DNA of 64,000 bases from a virus. Position numbers and translations under genes: made by a program. A model generated the notes under the pieces. The model searched no databases. It was not told where the DNA came from and worked only from the letters and a program-made list of their open reading frames with translations. Positions 47,512 through 57,248 of the stretch are shown in pieces. Location: positions 1 through 64,000 of IMG/VR virus record IMGVR_UViG_3300029913_000003; one strand, given 5' to 3'. Position 1 is the first letter of the stretch, and the number at the start of each line of letters is the position of its first letter.

Positions 47512-47920
47512 TATGAAAAAACAATTTATATCACCTTTTAATGAGGAGTCTTTTGAAAAAGAATTTATTCAACATGATATTAGTAAATATGATGTTTTGT
47601 ATCATGTAACAACTGAAGATAGAATAGAAAATATTAAAAATGATGGACTGAAAATTAACCAGCCTCAGTATAAATCACTTGTTGAGACAGGGATGTTGTT
47701 CTTTTCTTATCCTATACTACATAATACTCAAGATTTATTTAGATATTATGATAAATCGTATATTGTAGCACTTGATGTACAAAAATTGATTAAAGATGGT
47801 ATTATTTTTTATGATGATAATTTCTCAAATCAAGATCAATCATCAAATAGAAATCATTTATGCTGTGAAGTAGATATACCAGTTAAATATATTAAAAAAA
47901 TTATAGAACCATTTGAATAA
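47498..47920 (+). CDS. hypothetical protein
   Basis: ORF track. Confidence 0.4.
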   Translation: MKINNMKKQFISPFNEESFEKEFIQHDISKYDVLYHVTTEDRIENIKNDGLKINQPQYKSLVETGMLFFSYPILHNTQDLFRYYDKSYIVALDVQKLIKDGIIFYDDNFSNQDQSSNRNHLCCEVDIPVKYIKKIIEPFE

Positions 47921-47934
47921 TAATTTGCATTGAA

Positions 47935-48120
47935 AATATTAATTCAATTGATGCGTTCACTCGTAATTTGCCATTATTTAAGCCTTTGCATGTAGTATCT
48001 AATGATCAATTTAGAATTGAATTTAAAGAATATAAAAATAGGTTATATTATAAAAACCGTCATATATTTATTACACCATCTGAATATAGAAAACTTAAAT
48101 TAAATAAATTAAATAATTAA
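47935..48120 (+). pseudogene. N-terminally truncated family A-like copy (no start codon)
   Basis: Open frame ..FKPLHVVSNDQF...PSEYRKLKLNKLNN* with no ATG. Confidence 0.4.
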
Positions 48121-48330
48121 ATCTGGCGATATATTAATTTGTACTCAGCATAATTCAAGTTTTGGGTTCACTAACACTAACTTAAAACTTTTTACTCCAT
48201 TGCATGTTAAACATTTAAAATATGGAGATACATTTGAATTTTATGAATATCCAGGTAAAACTTATATATCTGAATATCACACTTTCATAAAATTATCTGA
48301 TTATAGAAAACTTAAATTAAATAAATTAAA
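48121..48330 (+). pseudogene. family A-like copy with ATG>ATA start-codon loss
   Basis: IIKSGDILICTQHN...LSDYRKLKLNKLNDKTW*; aligned start of intact neighbour is ATGATAAAACCTGGTGAT. Confidence 0.4.
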
Positions 48331-48566
48331 TGATAAAACCTGGTGATATATTAATTTGTACTCATAATAAAGAAGGTTCAAGTAAAATTGAACTTTTCAA
48401 ACCTTTACATGTTAAACTAACAACAAATGATGATCATTTTTTTGAATTTGAAGAATTTGAAAATGTTGCATACACCAGTAATTATCATATTTTTATAAAA
48501 TTATCTGAATATAGAAAACTTAAATTAAATGAATTAAATGAAATCTCAAATAAAGAAATTTATTGA
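48330..48566 (+). CDS. family A-like small protein (MIKPGDILICTHN ... LSEYRKLKLNEL)
   Basis: Intact copy of the unit found decayed twice upstream. Confidence 0.55.
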   Translation: MIKPGDILICTHNKEGSSKIELFKPLHVKLTTNDDHFFEFEEFENVAYTSNYHIFIKLSEYRKLKLNELNEISNKEIY

Positions 48567-48831
48567 TTATATATTCGAAAAAATACATAAGCAAAAAATA
48601 GAATTAATTCTTAAAAAATATAAAATTGATACTGATTCATATGAGAAAGGTAGGCAATTTGGATATGAGAAAGGGTTTATTGACGGAACAAAATCGAATC
48701 CACAAAAACATTACTCTGTACCAAAAAAAGATTATGATGACTTAATTATATATTTAGCATCTCATAATCTTGTACTTATATATAACGTAGATTCACCAGA
48801 TGGAACTGGATTAATGGTTAGAAAAATATAA
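48538..48831 (+). CDS. hypothetical protein
   Basis: ORF track. Confidence 0.45.
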   Translation: MKSQIKKFIDYIFEKIHKQKIELILKKYKIDTDSYEKGRQFGYEKGFIDGTKSNPQKHYSVPKKDYDDLIIYLASHNLVLIYNVDSPDGTGLMVRKI

Positions 48832-48842
48832 AAATAATAATT

Positions 48843-49241
48843 ATGGGCCTTGATTTAACATTTTATAAAACAAAAGATATATATAATGAGATAACTCCAG
48901 TTATATATAAAGATAATGATTATACAGAAGATGAAGCAAAAAATTCAATAATATTTGAAGATTTTGAAAAAAAGGTAATAGAAATTTATTATCTTAGAAA
49001 TAATTACCAATTACTAACTTATTTAATTAGTGAATATGGTCAAATAAAAAATGATAAAAAATCATATTTTAAAAATAATGAGCTTAATGATTGCATTGTT
49101 AAAATTAAAGAAAGTGATATATTAAATATTAAAGAAGTTATAAAAAATAAGCACTGGACAGATAAAGATGAAACTCATTTCATTGATATTCTTAAAAAAT
49201 CAATTGTGCACAATAGCATTTTAATACATATTAGTTATTAA
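48843..49241 (+). CDS. hypothetical protein
   Basis: ORF track. Confidence 0.45.
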   Translation: MGLDLTFYKTKDIYNEITPVIYKDNDYTEDEAKNSIIFEDFEKKVIEIYYLRNNYQLLTYLISEYGQIKNDKKSYFKNNELNDCIVKIKESDILNIKEVIKNKHWTDKDETHFIDILKKSIVHNSILIHISY

Positions 49242-49331
49242 TATTATTATTTAACTTTTAAGATACTACATATACCAAATATATGTGGTATCTTTGTATT
49301 TGAAATTTTTAAACAATTAAATCATATTATT

Positions 49332-49535
49332 ATGAGTACAATGTTAATATTATCAGTATTTTTAGGAATTATTTCTGTTATTTTTTTTGGATTTGCATTT
49401 CTTGGTAAATCAAATAGATTAATGATGTATATTATTGGATGCTTATTCTTTTGTGCTAGCATGATTTTTATGCATGAATATTCTGATCATGTAAAATGTA
49501 ATAATTCTAAATTAGAGTATTATATTAAAAAATAA
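49332..49535 (+). CDS. small membrane protein
   Basis: Two TM helices. Confidence 0.45.
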   Translation: MSTMLILSVFLGIISVIFFGFAFLGKSNRLMMYIIGCLFFCASMIFMHEYSDHVKCNNSKLEYYIKK

Positions 49536-49589
49536 ATTATTAGAGTATTTTTATTATAACTTCATGTTATTCATTTAGTGAAATAACAA

Positions 49590-49780
49590 CAAGAGATAAA
49601 CAGGTTTGGTGAGGTTATGAAATAATATTTGTAAACCGAAGTGGAACTAAGATGCCATTGAAAAAAGTTAGTAAGTTCGGCGCAGGACTAAAAAGATTAC
49701 AAGGTCTAAGTTAGAGAGGGATCCAAGAAAGAACTGAACTATGCCATAGTAGAAATAAATACCTGTAATAATTTATAAAA
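49590..49780 (+). ncRNA. candidate structured small RNA (GC-enriched island ending at a terminator)
   Basis: ~190 nt with no ORF, locally higher GC than surroundings, nested inverted repeats (CCGAA..TTCGG), ends at hairpin 49781..49808. Confidence 0.3.
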
Positions 49781-49808
49781 AGTGAATGATTAATCATTCA
49801 CTTTTTTT
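49781..49808. terminator. intrinsic terminator
   Basis: agtgaatgattaatcattcact then tttttt. Confidence 0.6.
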
Positions 49809-49873
49809 GCGTATATAATAGTTATATAACATAAATTTAATATAATTTTAATAGTAAATCATCTAATAATATA

Positions 49874-50608
49874 GTGAATATTAAATATATAATAATAAAA
49901 AATATGGAAATAGAAGCACTTTTTATATCAGATGTGCATCTTGGTACAAAATATACAAAAGCTACTGAATTATTAGAAATATTAAAATATTATAAGCCAA
50001 AAAAATTATTTTTAATAGGAGATATCATTGATGGATGGGCGTTAAAAAAGAAGCATTACTGGAATCAAGAACAAACAAATGTAATTAGAAAAATTTTATC
50101 ATATTCAAAAAATGGAACAGAAATATATTACATATCAGGAAATCATGATGATTTTTTAAAACATTATATATTTGATTTTGGTAATATTCATATAATATCT
50201 GAAATGATATGGAATAATTGTTTAATTACTCATGGAGATAAATATGATACTGTAGTTATGAATAATAAATGGATTGCTCATTTGGGTAGTATTGGTTATG
50301 ATATCGCTCTTTATTTAAATAAATATATTAGTAATATTAGAAAATTATTTGGTTTAGATAAAAAATCTTTCAGTAAATGGTTAAAAAATAATGTAAAAGA
50401 AGCTATCAATTTTATATACAAATTTGAAGAAATTTTAATAACAGATACAATAAAAAAAGGTTGTGATACTGTAATTTGCGGTCATGTTCACACTCCTGAT
50501 GATAAAATTATAAATAATGTAAGATATTTAAATACTGGTGATTGGATTGAAAATTGTTCATATATTATATATGATAAAAATAAATTCACTTTAAAATATT
50601 ATGATTAA
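49874..50608 (+). CDS. LpxH-like calcineurin-type metallophosphoesterase
   Basis: FISDVHLG ... LIGDIIDGW ... ISGNHDDF ... THGDKYD ... CGHVHTP. Confidence 0.6.
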   Translation: MNIKYIIIKNMEIEALFISDVHLGTKYTKATELLEILKYYKPKKLFLIGDIIDGWALKKKHYWNQEQTNVIRKILSYSKNGTEIYYISGNHDDFLKHYIFDFGNIHIISEMIWNNCLITHGDKYDTVVMNNKWIAHLGSIGYDIALYLNKYISNIRKLFGLDKKSFSKWLKNNVKEAINFIYKFEEILITDTIKKGCDTVICGHVHTPDDKIINNVRYLNTGDWIENCSYIIYDKNKFTLKYYD

Positions 50609-51326
50609 TATAAAAGATTTATTGACAATTATTATTCCTTGTAAAAATGAAGAAAAATATATAGAAAGCACTTTAACTAATATTAATAATCAAAATAATG
50701 TTAAAGGAATAATTGTTTATATTTCTGATGCAGGATCAACAGATAACACATTAGATATAATTAGTAGTTTTGAAAATAATTTAAAAAATAATTTAAAAAT
50801 TAAAATAATTGAAGGTGGTAGAGTATCTGTAGGTAGAAATAATGGATTGAAATTAGTTGATACTCCTTATGTTTTATTTATGGACGCTGATACAACATTA
50901 GAAAATGATAATCAAATAAATGAATATTTAAATTGTATGATAAATAATGATTTATATTTAATGACTTCTCCATTATATTGTATTGTAAATGATAAATATG
51001 CAAAAATAATGTTCAAATCTTTTAACGCTTTAAATAAAATATTATCTAATATTCAACCGTTTGCAATTGGATTGTTTTTTATGACAAAAACTGATATTAT
51101 TAAAAAATTAGGTGGCTTTGATGAATCTGTTATACATTCAGAAGATTATCTATTATCTAAAAAATATAATAGAAATAAATTTAAAATAGGTAAATATAAA
51201 GTAGGACAAGATAATAGAAGATTTAAAAGATTTGGATATTTCAAAATGATAAAATTATTATCAAATGGATTATTATATCAAAATAATATAGATTATTTCA
51301 GAAAAGATAATAATTATTGGAATTAA
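50601..51326 (+). CDS. family 2 glycosyltransferase
   Basis: IIPCKNEEKYI ... DAGSTDNT ... FMDADT (DxD). Confidence 0.65.
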   Translation: MINIKDLLTIIIPCKNEEKYIESTLTNINNQNNVKGIIVYISDAGSTDNTLDIISSFENNLKNNLKIKIIEGGRVSVGRNNGLKLVDTPYVLFMDADTTLENDNQINEYLNCMINNDLYLMTSPLYCIVNDKYAKIMFKSFNALNKILSNIQPFAIGLFFMTKTDIIKKLGGFDESVIHSEDYLLSKKYNRNKFKIGKYKVGQDNRRFKRFGYFKMIKLLSNGLLYQNNIDYFRKDNNYWN

Positions 51327-51341
51327 AAAATTCTGAAAGAA

Positions 51342-51653
51342 CTATAAGTTAAAATTAGTTGCAGCATTTTTTAGTTTAATTATTTCTTTATCTTTATCAA
51401 ATATTAATATAGCATCTGGATAAATGATCCATCCTTTAGTATGACTAAAATCATAAAAATTAATTGTATATGATGCCATAGTTCCAGTTTCATAATCAAT
51501 TATTTTAAAAATTTTATTTGTTAATTTTTTCAAATAATATTTTTTTAATTCTGAATTTGAAAAACTTATATTATTCACATCAAGAATAACATAATCTCCT
51601 ACTTCAGGTTTATCAGTATTATTTATTTCTTCAAATCTTTTTAAGTATTTCAT
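51342..51653 (-). CDS. family E cassette protein (MKYLKRFEE ... ATNFNL)
   Basis: Conserved N/C termini; NTDKPEVGDYV subfamily. Confidence 0.55.
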   Translation of the reverse strand: MKYLKRFEEINNTDKPEVGDYVILDVNNISFSNSELKKYYLKKLTNKIFKIIDYETGTMASYTINFYDFSHTKGWIIYPDAILIFDKDKEIIKLKNAATNFNL

Positions 51654-52018
51654 ATGTTAAATTTATTTGCATTTTTTTTAATTTCTATTCGTTGTTTTAA
51701 TTCTTCTTTTGTTTTTCCAATTGCATTTATATCCTCTAAATTAAATATTTTATTATAACCTCCATAAGGTTTATCATATGGAAAAAACTTTAATACATTT
51801 TCTGGAATTTTAAATCCATATGTTACAATTATTCTATCATCATTAAAAAATGTATATATTTGTCCAGGATGATTAAGAAGATAATCTTTTAAATTATCAA
51901 GTTCTTTTTCATCATAGTATCTTTTTAAATGATTAATATATTTTTTACTTATTATTGAAACATAATCTCCTACTTCAGGCTTATTAGTAGTATTTTCAAA
52001 TGTTTTTATATATTTCAT
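51650..52018 (-). CDS. family E cassette protein (MKYIKTFEN ... ANKFNI)
   Basis: ATGA overlap; conserved termini. Confidence 0.6.
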   Translation of the reverse strand: MKYIKTFENTTNKPEVGDYVSIISKKYINHLKRYYDEKELDNLKDYLLNHPGQIYTFFNDDRIIVTYGFKIPENVLKFFPYDKPYGGYNKIFNLEDINAIGKTKEELKQRIEIKKNANKFNI

Positions 52019-52365
52019 ATGTTAAATTTATTTGCTTGTAATATAGCTTTTAATTCTTCTTTATTTTTAGAATATTTTATAATATCTATTGCTTTCATAG
52101 AAAATCCATATTCATTATTTGATAGAAATATTTTAAAATTATTTAATTCAAATGGAATATTATCATATTGTATAATATAATGTGTAGTTCCAGGAAATAA
52201 TTTACCAGTAATTTCAACAAGTTTACCTATATTATTATTAATAAAATCATTAAATATTTTATATTTTTCATTATTATGACCTTCATACCATTCACATATG
52301 ACGTAATTTCCTACTTCAAGTTTATCAGTATTATTTATTTCTTCAAATGTTTTTATGTATTTCAT
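52015..52365 (-). CDS. family E cassette protein
   Basis: ATGA overlap; conserved termini. Confidence 0.6.
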   Translation of the reverse strand: MKYIKTFEEINNTDKLEVGNYVICEWYEGHNNEKYKIFNDFINNNIGKLVEITGKLFPGTTHYIIQYDNIPFELNNFKIFLSNNEYGFSMKAIDIIKYSKNKEELKAILQANKFNI

Positions 52366-52751
52366 AAATTAAATTTATTTGCTGCAATTTTAAGTTTCAA
52401 ATCCTCTTTGGTTTTAGAAAATGCATATATTTCGTTATATTGAAAATTTTTAAAATATCCATATTTTTCAATATATCCTAATAATTCTTTCATATTATCA
52501 GGTATATTTTTACCATATGATACCTCAACGCTATGTATATTATTTCCAATACTATAAAATTTAATTATTTTACCTGGATAATTAAGAAAAAAATCTTTAT
52601 AATCTTCATATCTACTATTTATTGAAACATAATCTCCTACTTCAGGCTTATTAGTAGTATTTTCAAATAATTTTAAGTATTTCATATTATTATATATTAA
52701 AAAAATATAATTAAATTCCTCAATTGAAATAATTATAGTATTTTTGTACAT
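52362..52751 (-). CDS. family E cassette protein (first in operon)
   Basis: Internal MKYLKLFENTTNKPEVGDYV. Confidence 0.55.
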   Translation of the reverse strand: MYKNTIIISIEEFNYIFLIYNNMKYLKLFENTTNKPEVGDYVSINSRYEDYKDFFLNYPGKIIKFYSIGNNIHSVEVSYGKNIPDNMKELLGYIEKYGYFKNFQYNEIYAFSKTKEDLKLKIAANKFNL

Positions 52752-52769
52752 AATATTAAATATAAATAT

Positions 52770-53294
52770 ATGGAACTAAAAGTAGTAGATTATAAGATAT
52801 ATAAAATTCATACCACACGTGAACAATATCGTGAGAATGCTATCAAATATGATTATGCATTAAAAAATAAAAATTGGGCTAACGATTTTGAAGGAATGAT
52901 TGAAAAAAAATATTCTGGATATTCTGATGAAATAGGTTCATTTAGTGAGAATCATTATTTATTAAAAACTGTATTTGTTGGTGATAAATTTGATATAAAT
53001 AAAGATTTTTATGATAAATGTAAAGAACCTTACTATAATATAGTAAATATTGAATTTAGAGAATATGGTGATAATTTGACCGATGAAATTATTAAATCTA
53101 AATTTGAAGTAGTTAAACCAAATAAACCAACTACATATCCTAAATATAATAATGAAATTAAATTTAATTATGATAAAAAAAATGTTACAATTGAAAAAAT
53201 ATACTTTGATGGATATCAATGGCAATATAAATTAAAGAATATTGGGCATATTTATGATTATATTTCTGAAACTACTATCAATAAATATAATTGA
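52770..53294 (+). CDS. hypothetical protein (174 aa)
   Basis: ORF track. Confidence 0.5.
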   Translation: MELKVVDYKIYKIHTTREQYRENAIKYDYALKNKNWANDFEGMIEKKYSGYSDEIGSFSENHYLLKTVFVGDKFDINKDFYDKCKEPYYNIVNIEFREYGDNLTDEIIKSKFEVVKPNKPTTYPKYNNEIKFNYDKKNVTIEKIYFDGYQWQYKLKNIGHIYDYISETTINKYN

Positions 53295-53380
53295 ATTGTT
53301 AAAAAAATATAAAAATTATTTAATTTTTTGGTATATAATAAAAAATGTGATAATTTTGTAATGTAATTAAAAATTAAAAT

Positions 53381-54010
53381 ATGCAACCAGAATACGAGCA
53401 CATTATTCAAATCTTAGCATCATTAGCCGCTGGCTCTATATTGGGATTAGAACGTGGATTTCATGGTAAGCCTGCAGGTTTTAAAACTATGATATTGATT
53501 TGCGTTAGTTCATGTTTATTCACTATACTATCAGTTAATTTAGTTAGTGGTGATCGTATAGCATCAAATATAGTTACAGGAATAGGATTTATTGGTGCTG
53601 GAGTTGTATTTAAAGAAGGTGGAAATGTTCGTGGTATAACTTCTGCAGCTATCATTTGGATGGCATCAGCAATAGGTATGTGTATTGGGTTTCAAAATTA
53701 CGCACTATCTTTCTTTGTTTTATTAGTAGTTATGCTAGTTATGATTGTACTATTTAAGTTTGAGAAATTGTTTGATACTTTTCATCATTCTAAATTATAT
53801 ATTATACATTTTATATTTTCTGAATATTCATTAGAAGATTTAGAAAAAGAAATGACAGAACTTGAAATTTCATATAAAAGAAATAAAATAGGTAAAACTA
53901 ATAATATTATTAATGTTGAATATAATGTAATAATTTATCCAATTGAAAATATGAAAAAAATTGATAATTTTTTAATCAATAATACTCATATAAATAGTTT
54001 TTATGATTAA
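53381..54010 (+). CDS. mgtC: MgtC/SapB family membrane protein
   Basis: LAAGSILGLERGFHGKPAGFKT ... GIGFIGAGVVFKEGGNVRGITSAA; 4-5 TM helices. Confidence 0.7.
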   Translation: MQPEYEHIIQILASLAAGSILGLERGFHGKPAGFKTMILICVSSCLFTILSVNLVSGDRIASNIVTGIGFIGAGVVFKEGGNVRGITSAAIIWMASAIGMCIGFQNYALSFFVLLVVMLVMIVLFKFEKLFDTFHHSKLYIIHFIFSEYSLEDLEKEMTELEISYKRNKIGKTNNIINVEYNVIIYPIENMKKIDNFLINNTHINSFYD

Positions 54011-54029
54011 ATAAAATAAATAAATAAAT

Positions 54030-54689
54030 ATGTGGAATATTTTAAAAAGTAATGCTCGTAAAAAACTTGACGCTGAAAAAATTAAATTTGAATCTGAAAA
54101 AATTAAGCTTGAAGCTGAAAGATTGGATGCGCTATATAATATAGAAAGCAAACGACTAAATGATAAGATATCTAATGCATGTATCAAATTTAGAAAAAAA
54201 GAAAAAGACAGAATAAAAAAATTGAATGAAATTTGTCCAAAATGTTCTTCTAATAAAGTTGTTGATAAAATAAGTCAATTGAAAGGAGAGATAAATGGAA
54301 CATCATTTGGATCAATGTCATTTGGATCAGGATATTCTTCAGGATCAATTCATGGAAGCATGGATACGTATGAAATTAATAAATGTAATGATTGTGGTAA
54401 TGAATGGAAAAAAGTTACTTATAATAATTACGGTGAAACTTCATGGGATCAAAAAATTAGATTCTTAAGATTATCTATATCTAATTTTATTCAATTTCCA
54501 GATAAAAAAGAACCTTATTATGTTATAGAAACAAGAAATTTCTGGTCTGGTACTAAATTAGAAATTTTACCTTTATTGCTTGAAAAAGAACATATTGAAA
54601 ATGAATATTATAGTGTTAACAAAATTATAATGGATTTAATTAAAGGTAATGAAGATATTTTAATTGATAAATTAGGATTTATAAAATGA
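54030..54689 (+). CDS. hypothetical protein with zinc ribbon
   Basis: CPKCSS ... CNDCGNEW. Confidence 0.5.
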   Translation: MWNILKSNARKKLDAEKIKFESEKIKLEAERLDALYNIESKRLNDKISNACIKFRKKEKDRIKKLNEICPKCSSNKVVDKISQLKGEINGTSFGSMSFGSGYSSGSIHGSMDTYEINKCNDCGNEWKKVTYNNYGETSWDQKIRFLRLSISNFIQFPDKKEPYYVIETRNFWSGTKLEILPLLLEKEHIENEYYSVNKIIMDLIKGNEDILIDKLGFIK

Positions 54690-54717
54690 TAAATGGAATA
54701 GTTATAGATATTAAAAA

Positions 54718-55656
54718 ATGAAAAAAGATAAAAAATTAGTCATATCTTGTGGATTACCAGCAGCAGGTAAATCAAGCATCATTGAAAAATATGTTGATTA
54801 TAAATGTACATTACTATCAAGAGATATTGAAGGAGATACATTAAGTTCTCTTAATAAAAAACTTGAACAATTAATGTTAGATGGCGTGGATATTGTATTA
54901 GATGGAACATATTCAACTAAATTATCTAGGGCTGATGTTATTGAATTAGCAAAAAAATATAATTATTATATATTATGTATTCATTTTACTACAAAAATTG
55001 AAGATTGTATGTTCAATCAGGTAACAAGAATGATAAGAAAATATGGTAAATTATTCACAGAATTAAGTGAATATTCTAACTCTAATGATCCACATATGTT
55101 TCCTGTTGCTGCACTTTATAAAATTAATAAAAATTTTGAAGCACCTGAATTATCAGAAGGTATTGATGATATAGAAAAAATAGATTTTAAACGTTATTCA
55201 TCAGAATATAAAAATAAAGCAATTTTATTTGATTATGATGGTACATTGAGATTAACTAAAAGTGGTGAACATTATCCAACTGATATTAGTGATATTGAAA
55301 TAATTCCAGGTAGAACAGAAAAACTTTTAGAATTACAAAGTCAAGGTTATATATTACTTGGAGTTTCAAATCAAAGTGGAATAGCAAAAGGATTATTATC
55401 TAATGATACAGCAATAGCTTGTTTTGAAAAAACAAATGAAATGCTAGGAGTTAATATTGATTATAAATATTGTGGGCATTCAGTTCCTCCAATAACTTGC
55501 TATTGTAGAAAACCAGGAGTTGGACTAGGAATAGAATTTATTGAAAAATATAAACTTGATCCATCTCAATGCATAATGGTTGGAGATTTAACAAGTGATA
55601 AAACATTTGCTAAAAGATGTGGATTCAAATATATTGATGCTGCTAATTTCTTCTAA
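54718..55656 (+). CDS. polynucleotide kinase / 3'-phosphatase (T4 Pnkp-like: P-loop kinase plus HAD phosphatase)
   Basis: Walker A SCGLPAAGKSS; HAD motifs LFDYDGTL, GVSNQSG, VGDLTSD; domain order as in T4 Pnkp. Confidence 0.6.
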   Translation: MKKDKKLVISCGLPAAGKSSIIEKYVDYKCTLLSRDIEGDTLSSLNKKLEQLMLDGVDIVLDGTYSTKLSRADVIELAKKYNYYILCIHFTTKIEDCMFNQVTRMIRKYGKLFTELSEYSNSNDPHMFPVAALYKINKNFEAPELSEGIDDIEKIDFKRYSSEYKNKAILFDYDGTLRLTKSGEHYPTDISDIEIIPGRTEKLLELQSQGYILLGVSNQSGIAKGLLSNDTAIACFEKTNEMLGVNIDYKYCGHSVPPITCYCRKPGVGLGIEFIEKYKLDPSQCIMVGDLTSDKTFAKRCGFKYIDAANFF

Positions 55657-55670
55657 TTAATATTAAAAAA

Positions 55671-55703
55671 CATTAAATTAAACCTTGAATATTTTATATT
55701 CAA
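55671..55703. terminator. intrinsic terminator after Pnkp-like gene
   Basis: aaccttgaatat tttatattcaaggtt then ttttttt. Confidence 0.6.
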
Positions 55704-55746
55704 GGTTTTTTTTATACTTTTGTATTGTAATTAAAACAAACTACTT

Positions 55747-56013
55747 ATGAAAGAGCCGAAAGATATAATTGATATTCCTACAATTGATAATATTGATTTA
55801 TTCTATTCAAATAGGGATAGAGCAGAACATATGAATTTAGAACATTGTCCATGCTGTGGAAAAGAATTAAAAAATCCAGAATATTTCATCAATTCTATAT
55901 ATGGTGGATGTATGTATAAATCTGATGATAAAGAAGTTTATTCTGACACATGGATTATGGGTGTAGGTCCAGAATGTAGAAAAAAGTTTCCAGAAGGTTA
56001 TGTATTCAAATAA
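55747..56013 (+). CDS. Cys-rich small protein
   Basis: HCPCCGKEL ... GCMYK ... GPECRKKF. Confidence 0.45.
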   Translation: MKEPKDIIDIPTIDNIDLFYSNRDRAEHMNLEHCPCCGKELKNPEYFINSIYGGCMYKSDDKEVYSDTWIMGVGPECRKKFPEGYVFK

Positions 56014-56283
56014 TTGGTATTATGAAAGATAAACTTTTTAAAATTTTTAAAATTTTTTATAATTTCATTTTATTGATTGTATATGGATATATGTTTTCAC
56101 TTACAATTGGTGCAATAAAAATTACATATAATTTATATAATATTCATTATTATTCATTAAATAAATGTATTTAGAATTATATTGTTTTAGGATTAGTTTC
56201 ATTGATAATTTTTATTATATTTATTACTATATTAGTTATTTCATATATTACATTAAAAACTAAAAAAAATAAAATATAAAATT

Positions 56284-57006
56284 ATGCCAAAAATTTATGA
56301 AGTGGGCGGATGTGTACGTGACCGTATCTTAGGAGTTGATTGTAAAGATATAGACTTTACTTTTGTATTGGATGACAAGAATCAATCAGTTGAATCTGGA
56401 TTCATGTCAATGGACTTGTGGTTACGTAAAAATGGCTACACCGTATATAATTCAACTCCAAGATGTTTCACAATCAAAGCAAAGTTTCCAAAAGGACATA
56501 AGCATGAAGGGTTAACTGCAGATTTTGTAATGGCTAGAAAGGAAATTGGTTATTACGAAGGAACAAGACGTCCAATTTTAGAACTTGGTACACTTGAAGA
56601 TGATTTAATCAGACGTGATTTCACATTGAATGCTATGGCACTTGATGAAGATGAAAATTTGATTGATTTATTTGATGGAGTAAAAGATCTTAAAATGGGT
56701 ATTCTTAGAACGCCAAGACCTTGCCAACTTACATTTGATGAGGATCCATTACGGATTTTACGTTGTGAGCGTTTTTGTATTACAAAAGGTTTCAGAATGA
56801 CTGATGATATTGAAGTTGCTATTAAAAATTATGATTATGAATCAAAAATGCAAGTAGTTTCAAATGAAAGAATTCAAGATGAACTTACCAAGTGTTTTAA
56901 ATTTGATACATTAAAAACAATTTTGATGTTGAATGAATTTCCTGAATTGAGAGATTATGTATTTAATCATACTAAGATGTGGTTGAAACCATCATTTCAA
57001 AAATAA
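56284..57006 (+). CDS. tRNA nucleotidyltransferase (CCA-adding / poly(A) polymerase) head-domain protein, Pol-beta superfamily
   Basis: N-terminal YEVGGCVRDRILGVDCKDIDFTF matches class-II GGxVRD...DxD; only 240 aa. Confidence 0.55.
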   Translation: MPKIYEVGGCVRDRILGVDCKDIDFTFVLDDKNQSVESGFMSMDLWLRKNGYTVYNSTPRCFTIKAKFPKGHKHEGLTADFVMARKEIGYYEGTRRPILELGTLEDDLIRRDFTLNAMALDEDENLIDLFDGVKDLKMGILRTPRPCQLTFDEDPLRILRCERFCITKGFRMTDDIEVAIKNYDYESKMQVVSNERIQDELTKCFKFDTLKTILMLNEFPELRDYVFNHTKMWLKPSFQK

Positions 57007-57010
57007 AAAA

Positions 57011-57042
57011 AGAGTTGTGATTTAAATCACAACTCTTTTTTT
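57011..57042. terminator. bidirectional intrinsic terminator between convergent genes
   Basis: agagttgtgatttaaatcacaactct flanked by A-run and T-run. Confidence 0.65.
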
Positions 57043-57241
57043 ATTTTTTCTTTAAACGTTTATTTAAAATTTCACTTATAACATAATTAATATCATTATT
57101 TGTTGGTTTATAACCTTCAATTGTAGTGGATTTAAAATTTTTAACTGCACTATTTATTGCAACTAAAAATTGAAGTTTTAATTCTTCTCTTATTCTCCAA
57201 TTTTCAAATTCCTTTATTTCTTTTTCTTTATCTGTTTTCAT
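57041..57241 (-). CDS. hypothetical small protein
   Basis: ORF track. Confidence 0.4.
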   Translation of the reverse strand: MKTDKEKEIKEFENWRIREELKLQFLVAINSAVKNFKSTTIEGYKPTNNDINYVISEILNKRLKKK

Positions 57242-57248
57242 AATATTA

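Noticed and set aside
47498-47920. Possible Tpt1/KptA RNA 2'-phosphotransferase (VLYHVTTEDRIENIKNDGL vs LYHGT...GL)
   Set aside because: Only one short motif resembles Tpt1. The conserved N-terminal RHR segment and the HVHLS motif are missing. Left as hypothetical.
52962-54187. Antisense ORFs 52962..53225, 53461..53655 and 53972..54187
   Set aside because: Antisense to 52770..53294 and to the well-supported MgtC gene. I/F/S-rich low complexity.
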